From: Myxococcota bacterium
GTDB taxonomy: Bacteria > Myxococcota_A > UBA9160 > SZUA-336
Direction of reading: 5' to 3'
Length of the DNA: 64,000 nt
Assembly: GCA_965247115.1 (NCBI GenBank)
Contig: CBDFGR010000002.1
Location: 608,001 to 672,000, forward strand
A model generated the notes under the pieces. The model searched no databases and was not told the origin of the DNA. It saw only the letters and a list, made by a program, of their open reading frames with translations. This document shows, one piece after another, positions 1-9,527 of the stretch (position 1 is the first letter of the stretch; every line of letters starts with the position of its first letter). Both the position numbers and the translations under genes were made by a program.

Positions 1-1
1 G

Positions 2-724
2 TCCGGCTCCGAGATCTACCAGTTTGCCGACCTCGCCGGCTTCGCGGAGCGAATGCTCCTCCACGAGCGGGCGGTGGTGAAGATCGACGACGACCTGCCG
101 CTCGAGACGGCCGCACTCGTCGGCTGCGCCGTCATGACGGGTGTGGGTGCCGCGCTGAACACCGCGCGCGTGGAGCCCGGTTCCTCGGTCGCGGTGTTCG
201 GAGCTGGCGGCGTTGGCATCTCGATCATCCAGGGGGCGCGCCTCGCCGGAGCGCGCCAGATCATCGCCGTCGATCTTCTGGATCGAAAACTCGAGACGGC
301 TCGCCACTTCGGCGCAACCGACACTCTCAACGCAACGGATGGCGACGTCGTACGGGCCATCAAGAAGCTGAGCGACGGCGGTGTCGACTACTCGTTCGAC
401 GCGGTGGGCAACGTCGGCCTGGTCGAGCAGTGCTTCTATTGCCTGGGGCCGCGCGGCACGGCGACTGTCGTGGGCGCGATCCCGCCGGACCAGAAGCTCC
501 AGCTCACTCCGGGTCATTTCTTCCTCGAAAAGCGGATCATCGGCTGCATGATGGGCTCGAACCGCTTTCACCTCGACGCGCCGCGTTACCTCGAGCTCTA
601 CCGGCAGAAGCGGCTCGACCTGGACTCCATGGTCAGCCGGCACGTCGCCCTTGACGACGTCGAGGATGCATTCCGAGCAATGGAGGCCGGCGAGGTCACG
701 CGGACGGTCATCACGTTCAACTGA
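2..724 (+). CDS. Zn-dependent alcohol dehydrogenase (MDR family), 5' end outside window
   Basis: Frame is open from base 2 (SGSEIYQFADLAGFAERM...). Motifs LVGCAVMTGVGA, VFGAGGVG Rossmann, DYSFDAVG, GCMMGS. Paralog of 52841-53926. Confidence 0.9.
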   Translation, partial: SGSEIYQFADLAGFAERMLLHERAVVKIDDDLPLETAALVGCAVMTGVGAALNTARVEPGSSVAVFGAGGVGISIIQGARLAGARQIIAVDLLDRKLETARHFGATDTLNATDGDVVRAIKKLSDGGVDYSFDAVGNVGLVEQCFYCLGPRGTATVVGAIPPDQKLQLTPGHFFLEKRIIGCMMGSNRFHLDAPRYLELYRQKRLDLDSMVSRHVALDDVEDAFRAMEAGEVTRTVITFN

Positions 725-741
725 GCGGGCACGAGGTGCAC

Positions 742-1923
742 ATGGACGGATCCGACCTGCGAGACCGGACTGCGATCTGCGGCGTAGGCTTGTCCGCATA
801 CGGGAGGCGACTGGGCCGGAGCGCAATCGACCTGGGCGCCGACGCCCTCCGCGCAGCGGTCGACGATGCGGGCCTCGCGCCGGGCGACGTCGACGGGCTG
901 ATCGTGAGCTTCGGCACGCCGAGCGGCGCCGACGCGGACACGCTCGCGCACACGCTCGGACTGCAGCTGCGGATGTACAGCCAGACCTGGGCGCACGGCC
1001 GCTTCACGGCCACATGCATTCAGCAGGCGGCCATGAGCGTCGCCGCCGGCCTTGCCGAAGTCGTCGCATGCATGGCGTCGGTGAGCTTCACGGGCTCGCG
1101 TCGTCCCCGATTCGGTGGCTCGGGTGACCGCGAGGGCGCACGCGAAGGCGGAGGAGGCCACGGCGAGGATCCCGTCTACGGCATGACGTCTCCCGGCGCG
1201 GGCGCCGCACTGGTCGCCCGCGCCTACTTCGAGCGCTACGGTGCCACGAGCCGCGACCTGGCCTCGGTGGCCGTCGCGTTTCGCCGCCACGCGTCGCTCA
1301 ACCCGACCGCGATGTGGCGCGAGCCGATCACCGTCGAAGACCACCAGGCCTCACGCCTCGTGTGCGCGCCGCTCCACTTGCTCGACTACTGCCAGGTCAA
1401 CGACGGTGCCGCCTGTGTGATCGTGACGTCCGCCGAGCGGGCCCGCGACCTGCGCAAGCCCGCGGTGCTGATCAGTGGCATGCAGGGATTGCCGGCCGGG
1501 CGCGACGAGTTCATCTGGAGCTACCCCGGCTTCGGGATTGCTCAGCAGGAGAGCGCGCCCCACGCCGCGGAGCCGGCGCCCATATATCGCATGGCCGGCC
1601 TGGAACGCGCCGCAGTGGACGCGCTCTTCACCTACGACGCGTTCTCGATCCTGGCCTGGATCGCGCTCGAGCGCTGGGGGTTCTGCAAGCCTGGCGAGGC
1701 CGCCGCTTTCACGCAGGACGGCCGGATCGAGCTGGGCGGGGCGCTCCCGATGAACACGCACGGCGGGCTGCTCTCCGACGGCCACATCCTGGGCTGGAAC
1801 CACCAGGTCGAGATCGCGCGGCAGCTGCGCGGCGAGTGCGGCGTGCGACAGATCGAGGGGGCGGAAGTCGTGCAGTGGGCCAACTCCTACGGCGACTCGC
1901 TGATCTACCGGAGCGCGGCGTGA
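742..1923 (+). CDS. Thiolase-fold protein, SCP-x/Ltp2 (lipid-transfer protein)-like
   Basis: TAICGVG start, LLDYCQVNDGAACVIVTSAERARDL, YDAFS, NTHGGLLS. GAGG RBS before ATG 742. No canonical catalytic Cys motif. Confidence 0.88.
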   Translation: MDGSDLRDRTAICGVGLSAYGRRLGRSAIDLGADALRAAVDDAGLAPGDVDGLIVSFGTPSGADADTLAHTLGLQLRMYSQTWAHGRFTATCIQQAAMSVAAGLAEVVACMASVSFTGSRRPRFGGSGDREGAREGGGGHGEDPVYGMTSPGAGAALVARAYFERYGATSRDLASVAVAFRRHASLNPTAMWREPITVEDHQASRLVCAPLHLLDYCQVNDGAACVIVTSAERARDLRKPAVLISGMQGLPAGRDEFIWSYPGFGIAQQESAPHAAEPAPIYRMAGLERAAVDALFTYDAFSILAWIALERWGFCKPGEAAAFTQDGRIELGGALPMNTHGGLLSDGHILGWNHQVEIARQLRGECGVRQIEGAEVVQWANSYGDSLIYRSAA

Positions 1924-2336
1924 GCGCGGACTACACCAAGCCGCTGCCCGCGGTCTCCAACCTGAATCGCCCGTACTGGGAGGGGCTCGTCCGTCGGGAG
2001 CTCCGCCTGCAGCGCTGCAACAAGTGCAGCCGTGTCTGGTATCCCCCCGGCCCCTGGTGCCCCGCGTGCTGGTCGGAGGATCACACCTGGAGCGCTCTCT
2101 CGGGCCGGGGTCGGGTGAGCTCCTGGGTCGTGTTCCACCAGGCCTACTTCCCGTCCTTCGCCGACGAGCTACCCTACAACGTGGCCGAGGTCGAACTCGA
2201 CGAGGGACCGCGTCTTCTGACGAACCTGGTCGACGTCGCCGAAGATGAGATCCGGATCGGGCTTCCCGTCGAGATCGTCTACGACACCGTGGTCGAGGGC
2301 GTGACCCTCGCCAAGTTCAGACCCGTAGGGGGCTGA
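1920..2336 (+). CDS. DUF35 Zn-ribbon/OB-fold protein (ChsH2 C-terminal-like)
   Basis: GTGA overlap with the thiolase stop. CxxC...CPxC (CNKC, CPAC), LSGRGRVSSW, VELDEGPRLLTNLV. Confidence 0.9.
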   Translation: MSADYTKPLPAVSNLNRPYWEGLVRRELRLQRCNKCSRVWYPPGPWCPACWSEDHTWSALSGRGRVSSWVVFHQAYFPSFADELPYNVAEVELDEGPRLLTNLVDVAEDEIRIGLPVEIVYDTVVEGVTLAKFRPVGG

Positions 2337-2337
2337 T

Positions 2338-3486
2338 GTGGCGGGCGTGCTCGACGGAGTCCGCGTCTTCGACCTGACCCTGGTGGCGGTCGGGCCGTGG
2401 GCGTCGAAGCTGCTCGCTCAGCTCGGTGCCGACGTGATCCGTGTGGAGTCGCCCGCCGGAGACATGTCGCACGGCATCCCTCCGAGAATCCACGGCACGG
2501 GCGCCCTGTACATCTCGGTCAACCACAACAAGCGGCAGATCGTGCTCGACCTGAAGCGCGACGAAGACCGCGAGAAGGCGCGGCGCCTCGTCGAGGTGTC
2601 CGACATCTTCCTGCAGAACATGCGCCCCGGCGCTGTCGAGCGCCTCGGGCTCAGCTACGAGGCCGTCCGCAAGATCAACCCGCAGATCGTCTACCTTTCG
2701 GCGTCCGCCTACGGGAACACGGGTCCTATGGCCACCGAGGCCGGCGTCGATCCGCTGCTGCAGGCGTTCAGCGGCTTCGGCAGCATCAGCGGCCCTCCCG
2801 GCTCGCAGGGTGAGATGTACCGCCACCTGGCGCACCTCGACCTTACGACCTCCTCGACCATCGTCGAGGCGGTGCTGCTCGCGCTGCTCCACCGCGAGCG
2901 CACGGGCGAGGGGCAGCACGTCGAAGTCGAGATGCTCACGTCCGCCCTGTCGCTTCAGACCAGTCGGCTCGCAGAGTTCTTCGCAACGGGCTCCCCTCCG
3001 CAACCGAGCGGGAGTGCCGCCGCGACCACGGCGCCACACGAGGCGTTTCGCTGCCGGGACGACGTCTGGCTCGCGGTGGGCGTCGTTTCGGACGACCAGT
3101 GGCCGCGCTTCTGCCGCGCACTCGGGGTCGAGGGCCTCGTCGACGAGCCGCGCTTCGCCGACAACCCGTCGCGCGTGCGCCACCGCACGGAGCTCTCGAC
3201 AGTCCTCGCCAAGTGCTTCGCCTCGCGCGCTGCGGCGTGGTGGACGCTGCGTCTCACACGGGAGCGCGTGCCGAACAGCCGCATCCTCGACTTCGACGCG
3301 ATCCGCACACACCCGCAGGTCGCGGCCAACGCCCACCTGCTGGAGCTCGACACGCCGCACTGGGGGCGGCTATGGGTAGAGAATGTGCCCTGGCGCTTCG
3401 AACGCACGCCCGCCGATCCGGTGCGGCCCGGCGGCTTGCAGGGCGAGCACACCGAGCAGGTACTGGCCGAGTTCGGGATCAAGTGA
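2338..3486 (+). CDS. Family III CoA-transferase (CaiB/BaiF)
   Basis: LDGVRVFDLT, LAQLGADVIRVESP, NHNKRQIVLDLK, NMRPG, catalytic-position AGVDPLLQA. Confidence 0.92.
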   Translation: MAGVLDGVRVFDLTLVAVGPWASKLLAQLGADVIRVESPAGDMSHGIPPRIHGTGALYISVNHNKRQIVLDLKRDEDREKARRLVEVSDIFLQNMRPGAVERLGLSYEAVRKINPQIVYLSASAYGNTGPMATEAGVDPLLQAFSGFGSISGPPGSQGEMYRHLAHLDLTTSSTIVEAVLLALLHRERTGEGQHVEVEMLTSALSLQTSRLAEFFATGSPPQPSGSAAATTAPHEAFRCRDDVWLAVGVVSDDQWPRFCRALGVEGLVDEPRFADNPSRVRHRTELSTVLAKCFASRAAAWWTLRLTRERVPNSRILDFDAIRTHPQVAANAHLLELDTPHWGRLWVENVPWRFERTPADPVRPGGLQGEHTEQVLAEFGIK

Positions 3487-4649
3487 TGCCAGGCCCTCTC
3501 GACGGCATTCGCGTGCTCGACCTGACGCAGGGCCTGTGCGGCCCCTTCGCGACCCTGCGCCTTGGCGACGCGGGCGCCGATGTCGTGAAGCTCGAGCCCC
3601 CGAGCGGCGACGCAGCGCGGCGCATGGGCCCGCCGTTCCTCGGGGACGAGAGCGCGCTCTTCCTCGCGCTGAACCGGAACAAGCGCAGCGCGGTCGTCGA
3701 CCTCGAGAGCGGGCCCGGTCGCGCGGCGCTCGCGCGACTCGTCGCCCGCGCGGACGTGCTGGTCGAGGACCTGGGGATGGGGCGGATGGCCGAGCTCGGA
3801 CTCGACCCCGGGCGGGCCAGCACCGCACACCCCGAGCTCATCATCTGCTCGATCAGCGCGTACGGCGACGAGGGTCCACAGGCCGACCAGCCCGGCGCTG
3901 AGCTCGTCATCCAGGCCATGGCCGAGTACACGCGCTCGCTCGGCCGCATCGGGGAGCCGCCCGTGCGCGTCGGTGCCGACATCGCCAACCTGAACACGGC
4001 CATCTTCGCGACCCAGGCGGTGATCGGCGCTCTGCTCGCCCGCGCGCGAACCGGACGCGGGCAGCGCGTGGCGGTCAGCATGCTCGGCACGCTCCTGCAC
4101 CTGCGCGGGATCATGTGGACGGCGATGTCGAACCCCGACGACTGGTGGGGCTTCCACCTTGACCATTACACCAACCCGCCGGAGACGGGCTACGAGACCG
4201 CGGACGGGCGCATCTTCTTCGGCCTGCGCCGGGGCGACAGCGAGGACTTCGACACTCTGATGCTGTCGCTCGGGCTGCAGGATCACACCGTCGACGAGCG
4301 CTTCGGCCACTTTGGCCGCGACGCCGCCCCACTCGGCCGCCATGCCGTCGAGGCGAAGCCGGTCTGGGAGGGCGCCTTCAAGCAGCGCAAGACCGAAGAG
4401 CTGCTCGAGCTCTTCCACGCGGTAGACGGCGACGCGGTCCCGTATACCAACTACGCCGAGATCACGTCGCACCCGCAGGTCCGCGCGCTCGCTGCCCTGT
4501 GCGACGTCGACACCGGCGACGACGCCACGTTCCGGACCGTGCGCGCCCCGTGGCGGCTGCCCGCGAGCCCGGCATCGGTGCGGCGCGGCCCACCGAAGCT
4601 CGGCCAGCACACGCAGGAGATCTTTCGCGAGGCTGGGATCGACGTCTGA
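3486..4649 (+). CDS. Family III CoA-transferase-like subunit (Glu at the catalytic Asp position)
   Basis: TGATG overlap. LDGIRVLDLT, GADVVKLEPP, NRNKRS, PGAELVIQA, PPKLGQHT. Confidence 0.88.
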   Translation: MPGPLDGIRVLDLTQGLCGPFATLRLGDAGADVVKLEPPSGDAARRMGPPFLGDESALFLALNRNKRSAVVDLESGPGRAALARLVARADVLVEDLGMGRMAELGLDPGRASTAHPELIICSISAYGDEGPQADQPGAELVIQAMAEYTRSLGRIGEPPVRVGADIANLNTAIFATQAVIGALLARARTGRGQRVAVSMLGTLLHLRGIMWTAMSNPDDWWGFHLDHYTNPPETGYETADGRIFFGLRRGDSEDFDTLMLSLGLQDHTVDERFGHFGRDAAPLGRHAVEAKPVWEGAFKQRKTEELLELFHAVDGDAVPYTNYAEITSHPQVRALAALCDVDTGDDATFRTVRAPWRLPASPASVRRGPPKLGQHTQEIFREAGIDV

Positions 4650-4673
4650 CCTCGCATCCGGGTGTATCCTAGG

Positions 4674-4771
4674 CAGTTCACGACCGGGGTGGCAGAGAAC
4701 CCGACGCTGACCATCGTTGGCCATCCAGCAGGCCAACAATCACCCAGCAGCTGAGCGAGCGGGCGCTCTAG
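4674..4771 (+). pseudogene. Degenerate C-terminal remnant of a GMC-family oxidoreductase
   Basis: Reads QFTTGVAENPTLTIV, then with frameshifts AIQQAN / ITQQLSERAL*. NPTLTI is the GMC C-terminal motif. Confidence 0.6.
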
Positions 4772-4784
4772 GAGGTTCCTAGCG

Positions 4785-5804
4785 ATGGCCGCCGATCGAT
4801 CCGGCGACGAACACGCGACGTGGATCGCCCAGGTGCACGAGGAAGCCCTCGAGCCCGAGCTCCCGATCTGCGACCCCCACCACCACCTCTGGCTCGACAC
4901 CGGCCATAGTGGTTGGCCGTACACTCTTGAGGACCTACACGCCGACACGGGAGCGGGCCACAACGTGCTGCGCACGGTGTTCCTCGAGTGTGGGGCCCAG
5001 TACCGCAAGGGCGGTCCCAAGCACCTTCGGCCGGTGGGGGAGACCGAGTTCGTCGCCGAAGTCGCCGAGCGAAGCGCAACATCGGGGCAGGCCGAGATCG
5101 CCGGGATCATGGGCAACGCCGACGTATCGCTGGGCGACGCCGTCGAAGAAGTCCTCATCGCTCACGCGGAAGCCGGCGGCGGTCGGTTCCGGGGAGTGCG
5201 CTACATCACGGCCCAGGACGCGCACCGCCCGCTCGCGATGGGTTCGAGCTCGCCTATGGACGACCCCGCTTATCTCGCCGGCGTCCGCAGGATCGGCGCG
5301 ATGGGATACACGTACGACGCCATGGTGTATCACCCGCAGCTGCCCGAGCTCGTCGGAGTCGCGCGCGCGTGTGCCGATACGCCGATCGTGATCAACCACC
5401 TCGGCGGGGTCCTGGGCACCGGCCCGTACAAGGACCGGCGCAAGGAAATCCTCGAGCTCTGGCGGGGGGCCATGGCGAGCCTCGCATCGTGCTCGAACAC
5501 CTACCTGAAGGTCGGCGGCATCGGCATGCCGATGATGGGCTTTCGCTGGGACAAGCGGGATGCGCCCCCTACCTCTGAAGAGCTCGCCGACCCCTGGGAG
5601 GAGCCGATCCGCTACGTCATCGAAGCGTTTGGCCCCAGTCGGTGCATGTTCGAGTCAAACTTCCCGGTCGACAAGCGGGGAGCCGGCTATGTCGTCTTGT
5701 GGAACGCCTTCAAGCGGATCGCCGCGGGCTATTCTACCGACGAGAAGAGGGACCTGTTCCACGATACTGCCGCGCGCGCCTACCGGCTCGACACGCTCGC
5801 TTGA
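4785..5804 (+). CDS. Amidohydrolase family 2 protein
   Basis: ICDPHHHLW, IVINHLGG, FGPSRCMFESNFPVD, LFHDTAARAYRL. GGAGG RBS. Confidence 0.9.
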   Translation: MAADRSGDEHATWIAQVHEEALEPELPICDPHHHLWLDTGHSGWPYTLEDLHADTGAGHNVLRTVFLECGAQYRKGGPKHLRPVGETEFVAEVAERSATSGQAEIAGIMGNADVSLGDAVEEVLIAHAEAGGGRFRGVRYITAQDAHRPLAMGSSSPMDDPAYLAGVRRIGAMGYTYDAMVYHPQLPELVGVARACADTPIVINHLGGVLGTGPYKDRRKEILELWRGAMASLASCSNTYLKVGGIGMPMMGFRWDKRDAPPTSEELADPWEEPIRYVIEAFGPSRCMFESNFPVDKRGAGYVVLWNAFKRIAAGYSTDEKRDLFHDTAARAYRLDTLA

Positions 5805-5887
5805 CCAGTTCGCTCGAGTTGGTCGTCAGGAGTCAAGCACAGTTGACACTCGAAGCTGCGACCACCTAGGGGCGTGACGGAATCACA

Positions 5888-7075
5888 GTGGCTCCACTAA
5901 TCAGTCTGCCGGCCGTCTTCATGCGCGGCGGAACAAGCAAGGGGCTCTTCTTTCGGGATTCCGATCTACCGGAGGAGCCGGCCGCCCGCACCCAGTTCTT
6001 CCTGGCCGCACTCGGGAGCCCCGACCCGTACGAGCGCCAGCTCGACGGTCTGGGTGGCGGGATCTCCTCGCTCTCCAAGGTCATGGTCGTGGCCACGTCG
6101 GACGCGCCGGACATCGACGTCCAGTACACGTTTGGTCAGGTGGCAGTGGATCGCGCCGTGGTGGATTACTCCGGCAACTGCGGGAACCTCTCCTCTGCAG
6201 TCGGGCCGTTCGCAGTCGACGAGGGGCTCGTCCGCGTATCGGGCGACCGCGCGGTCTTGCGAATGCTCAATACGAATACCAGCAAGATCGTGCGCTCCGA
6301 GTTCGGCCTGGTAGGGGATCGGGCGGAGGTTGACGGAGACCTCGCCATTCCCGGCGTCGCGGGCCGTGGAGCGCCCGTTCGGCTCGACTTCCTGGATCCA
6401 GGTGGCGCGGTCACGGGCAGCCTCCTGCCCACTGGGACCGTGCGCGAGACGCTGAAGGTGAAGGATTGGGGGGCCTACGAGGTATCGATCGTCGACGCAA
6501 CGACGCCCGTAGTGACAGTCCGGGCTCGTGACGTGGGACTGAAGGCCACGGAGCAGCCCAACCTCCTACAGGCGGACACCCTGCTTCTACGCAGGCTCGA
6601 GGCGATCCGCGTCGCGGCCGGGGTAGCCATCGGATTGGGAACCGAGGAAGAGGTGCGCCGCGATTTTCCGGCGACCCCCAAGCTTCTGCTAGTGGCGAAG
6701 GCTGCGCATGGACCGAGTCTCGACGGAAGCGAGCTCTCCGCTCCCGACATGGACCTGATGGTGCGCGCGATCTCCATGGGTCTTCCCCACCGAGCGGTGC
6801 CGCTGACGACAGCCATGTGTCTGGCGGTAGCCGCGCGTATCGAAGGAACGTTGCCGCACGAAGTTGCTGGAATCCGCACTTCGGATGACCTTCGCATCGG
6901 GCATCCCTCGGGAATCTCCACCGTGTCTGCGAAGGTGGATCGCCAGACGCAATGGAGGGCTCAACGTGTCAGCGTCGTTCGTACCGCGCGCCGGTTGATG
7001 GCCGGGGAGGTGTACGTCCCCTCGTCTGCGGACAGCGGCGGGCGCAAAGCCCGCGGGAGCGGGGTCGCGTCGTGA
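5888..7075 (+). CDS. prpF: PrpF-family isomerase
   Basis: MRGGTSKGLFF, GSPDPYERQLDGLGGGISSLSK, GNCGNLSSAVGPFA, RIGHPSG, RTARRLMAG. Confidence 0.9.
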   Translation: MAPLISLPAVFMRGGTSKGLFFRDSDLPEEPAARTQFFLAALGSPDPYERQLDGLGGGISSLSKVMVVATSDAPDIDVQYTFGQVAVDRAVVDYSGNCGNLSSAVGPFAVDEGLVRVSGDRAVLRMLNTNTSKIVRSEFGLVGDRAEVDGDLAIPGVAGRGAPVRLDFLDPGGAVTGSLLPTGTVRETLKVKDWGAYEVSIVDATTPVVTVRARDVGLKATEQPNLLQADTLLLRRLEAIRVAAGVAIGLGTEEEVRRDFPATPKLLLVAKAAHGPSLDGSELSAPDMDLMVRAISMGLPHRAVPLTTAMCLAVAARIEGTLPHEVAGIRTSDDLRIGHPSGISTVSAKVDRQTQWRAQRVSVVRTARRLMAGEVYVPSSADSGGRKARGSGVAS

Positions 7076-7941
7076 CCGCCGCTTCCTCTCTGCGCCAATT
7101 GATCGAACGGGACAACGCGCTGGTCGCGCCGGGGGTCTGGGATGGGCTCTCCGCACGCATGGTCGAGCGCGGGGGGTTTCGGCTGGTCTACGCCAGCGGG
7201 GGTGCCATCTCTCGCAGCGCGGCACTGCCGGATCTGAACCTCCTCTCCGTGGACGAGGTCGTAGGCAGGGTGAGAAGTATCACCGCCGCGGTTCAGATCC
7301 CGGTGCTTGCGGATGCGGATACGGGGTACGGCGGCCCGTTGAACGTCCACCGCGCCGTCCGGATGTTCGAGGATGCAGGCGTGGCCGGCCTTCATATCGA
7401 GGACCAGGCCTTTCCCAAGCGGTGCGGCCACTACGAGGACAAGACCGTGGTCAGCCCAGCGGAAATGGTCCAGCGTCTACACGCCGCGTGCGACGCACGC
7501 CGCGCTGCCAGTTTCGTGATTGTCGCGCGGACGGATGCGCTTGCCGTGGAAACGTTCGACTCCGTCGTGGAGCGGGCTCATCGGTACATGGAAGCGGGCG
7601 CCGACATGATCTTCGTGGAGGCACCGACCACGGAGCGCGAAATTGAAGCAATCGCCCACGCCCTTCCGTACCCCAAGGTCATCAACATGTTCCACGGCGG
7701 GAAGACACCCGTGGTGCAGCTGGCGCGGCTGAACGCGCTGGGGTATCGCATTGTGATCGTTCCATCCGATTTACAGCGGGCGGCCCTGTTCGCGATCAAC
7801 GAGGCGCTGGCGAGCATCCGCCGCGACGGCAACACACAGGCGATCTCGGATCGCATGACCTCTTTCGCGGAACGCGAAGAGATCGTCCGCACCGCGGACC
7901 ATCTCGCCCGCGCCAAGAGATACGTCGGCGATTCGAGCTGA
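7072..7941 (+). CDS. Isocitrate lyase/PEP mutase superfamily C-C lyase (PrpB/2,3-dimethylmalate lyase-like)
   Basis: GTGA overlap with prpF. PGVWDGLSA, DADTGYGG, HIEDQAFPKRCGH, IVARTDA, AGADMIFVEA. Confidence 0.9.
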   Translation: MTAASSLRQLIERDNALVAPGVWDGLSARMVERGGFRLVYASGGAISRSAALPDLNLLSVDEVVGRVRSITAAVQIPVLADADTGYGGPLNVHRAVRMFEDAGVAGLHIEDQAFPKRCGHYEDKTVVSPAEMVQRLHAACDARRAASFVIVARTDALAVETFDSVVERAHRYMEAGADMIFVEAPTTEREIEAIAHALPYPKVINMFHGGKTPVVQLARLNALGYRIVIVPSDLQRAALFAINEALASIRRDGNTQAISDRMTSFAEREEIVRTADHLARAKRYVGDSS

Positions 7942-7958
7942 GCGCTACCGGAGGCCGC

Positions 7959-9428
7959 ATGGACTCTTACGATGTGATCGTCGTCGGGGCCGGAAACGCG
8001 GCCTGCGCTGCCGCGGTTTCCGCGCGCCAGCTGGGCGCGAAGCGAGTCATCGTACTGGAGAAGGCCCAGGAGGATCTGCGCGGTGGGAATACCCACTACA
8101 GCGGCGGCCTGCTCCGCGTCGCCTTCGAAGGCGCCGAGGACCTCTTGCAGCTCATTCCCGATGTAGAGAAGCAGGCGCCGGGGTTTCTGAAGGGAGTCAC
8201 GGCGTACACGGGAGGCGACTACTGGAACGATCTCCAACGCGTTACAGAGGGCCGCACCGCAGAAGATCTCGCCGAGATCCTGATCTCGAAATCGTTCGAC
8301 ACCGTCAAATGGATGAAGGGCACAGGCATCGAGCTCGAGGCGGCCGTAGCCCTGAGCGCGATCAAAGTGGACGGCGAGCTCAAGTGGCCCACAGGGGCAG
8401 TCGTGCGCGCCGTCGCAATGGGAATCGGACTCTCCCGAATGTGGTTCCAGACCCTGGCTCACCACGGAGTCGAGGTGCGCTACGGCACGCGCGGGGTGCA
8501 GCTCTTGCTAGAGCACTCCGGACGCGTGACCGGTGTTCGAACGATGGGCCCGGGGGGCCTTGAAGATCTCTCGGGGCACACCGTTGTACTCGCCTGCGGC
8601 GGTTTCGAGGCCAATCCCGAGTGGAGGGCTCGCTATCTGGGCCCTCCGTGGGATCACGCCAAGGTGCGCGGTACGCAGTTCAACACGGGCGATGGCCTGC
8701 GGATGGCGCTAGACGTGGGCGCGCTTCCCTTCGGTCAGTGGACCGGCTGCCATTCGACGCCCATCAGCCTCGAGGCGCCGCCCTACGGCGACCGCAAGCT
8801 GACGGACCAGACCAACCGGCTGTCGTACCCGTTCGGGATTCTCGTCAATCGGCGGGGAGAGCGCTTCTGCAACGAGGGCGAGGACTTCCAGTGGTACACG
8901 TACGCGAAGATGGGGCGCATCATCCTCAACGAGCCGGGCGGCTACGCCTACCAGATCTTCGACTCCAAGGTCGCCGGCTTCCTGGAGCCGCGCTACAAGA
9001 CGAGCCGACCCGTCCATGCGGACAGCCTCGGAGGCCTCGTGGCGCAGCTGGATGTAGACCATGAGGCGTGCTCGAAGACGATCGCTGCCTACAACTCGGC
9101 GTCGCGCACGGGCAGCTTCGATCCGGTCAAGCTCGACGGGCTCAGGACCCGGGGACTGGCGATCGACAAATCGAACTGGGCCCAACCCCTCGACACGCCG
9201 CCGTACAGGGCGTACCCCGTCACCGGCGGCATCACGTTCACGTTCGGAGGGCTGCGGATCAACGAACGCGCCCAGGTCATCGACGTGGCCAACAACGTGA
9301 TCCCCGGCCTCTACGGTTGCGGTGAGATGGTGGGCGGACTCTTCCACAGCAACTACCCGGGTGGTACCGGCCTGGTTTCCGGCGCCGTGTTCGGACGAAT
9401 CGCCGGGGCGGAAGCCGCGAGCGGCTAA
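7959..9428 (+). CDS. tcuA: FAD-dependent tricarballylate dehydrogenase TcuA-like flavoprotein
   Basis: VVGAGNAACAAA, RGGNTHYSGG, LACGGFEAN, KVRGTQFNTGDG, GITFTFGGL, GEMVGGLFHSNYPGGTGL. Confidence 0.85.
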   Translation: MDSYDVIVVGAGNAACAAAVSARQLGAKRVIVLEKAQEDLRGGNTHYSGGLLRVAFEGAEDLLQLIPDVEKQAPGFLKGVTAYTGGDYWNDLQRVTEGRTAEDLAEILISKSFDTVKWMKGTGIELEAAVALSAIKVDGELKWPTGAVVRAVAMGIGLSRMWFQTLAHHGVEVRYGTRGVQLLLEHSGRVTGVRTMGPGGLEDLSGHTVVLACGGFEANPEWRARYLGPPWDHAKVRGTQFNTGDGLRMALDVGALPFGQWTGCHSTPISLEAPPYGDRKLTDQTNRLSYPFGILVNRRGERFCNEGEDFQWYTYAKMGRIILNEPGGYAYQIFDSKVAGFLEPRYKTSRPVHADSLGGLVAQLDVDHEACSKTIAAYNSASRTGSFDPVKLDGLRTRGLAIDKSNWAQPLDTPPYRAYPVTGGITFTFGGLRINERAQVIDVANNVIPGLYGCGEMVGGLFHSNYPGGTGLVSGAVFGRIAGAEAASG

Positions 9429-9527
9429 ACCTCCGATGAAGAGGGAGTCGAGCGCCACGACGCCCCGGACGCAGAGCCTAGGGCGTTCAAGGGCATCAGC
9501 ATCATCTCCGCGACCGGACCCCGTCGA

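Noticed and set aside
2955..4739. 594-aa minus-strand ORF and many similar long antisense or alternate-frame ORFs (e.g. 39348-41222, 52676-54055, 19129-20406)
   Set aside because: Shadow ORFs of well-supported genes in high-GC DNA, Arg/Ala/Pro-rich with no family motifs.
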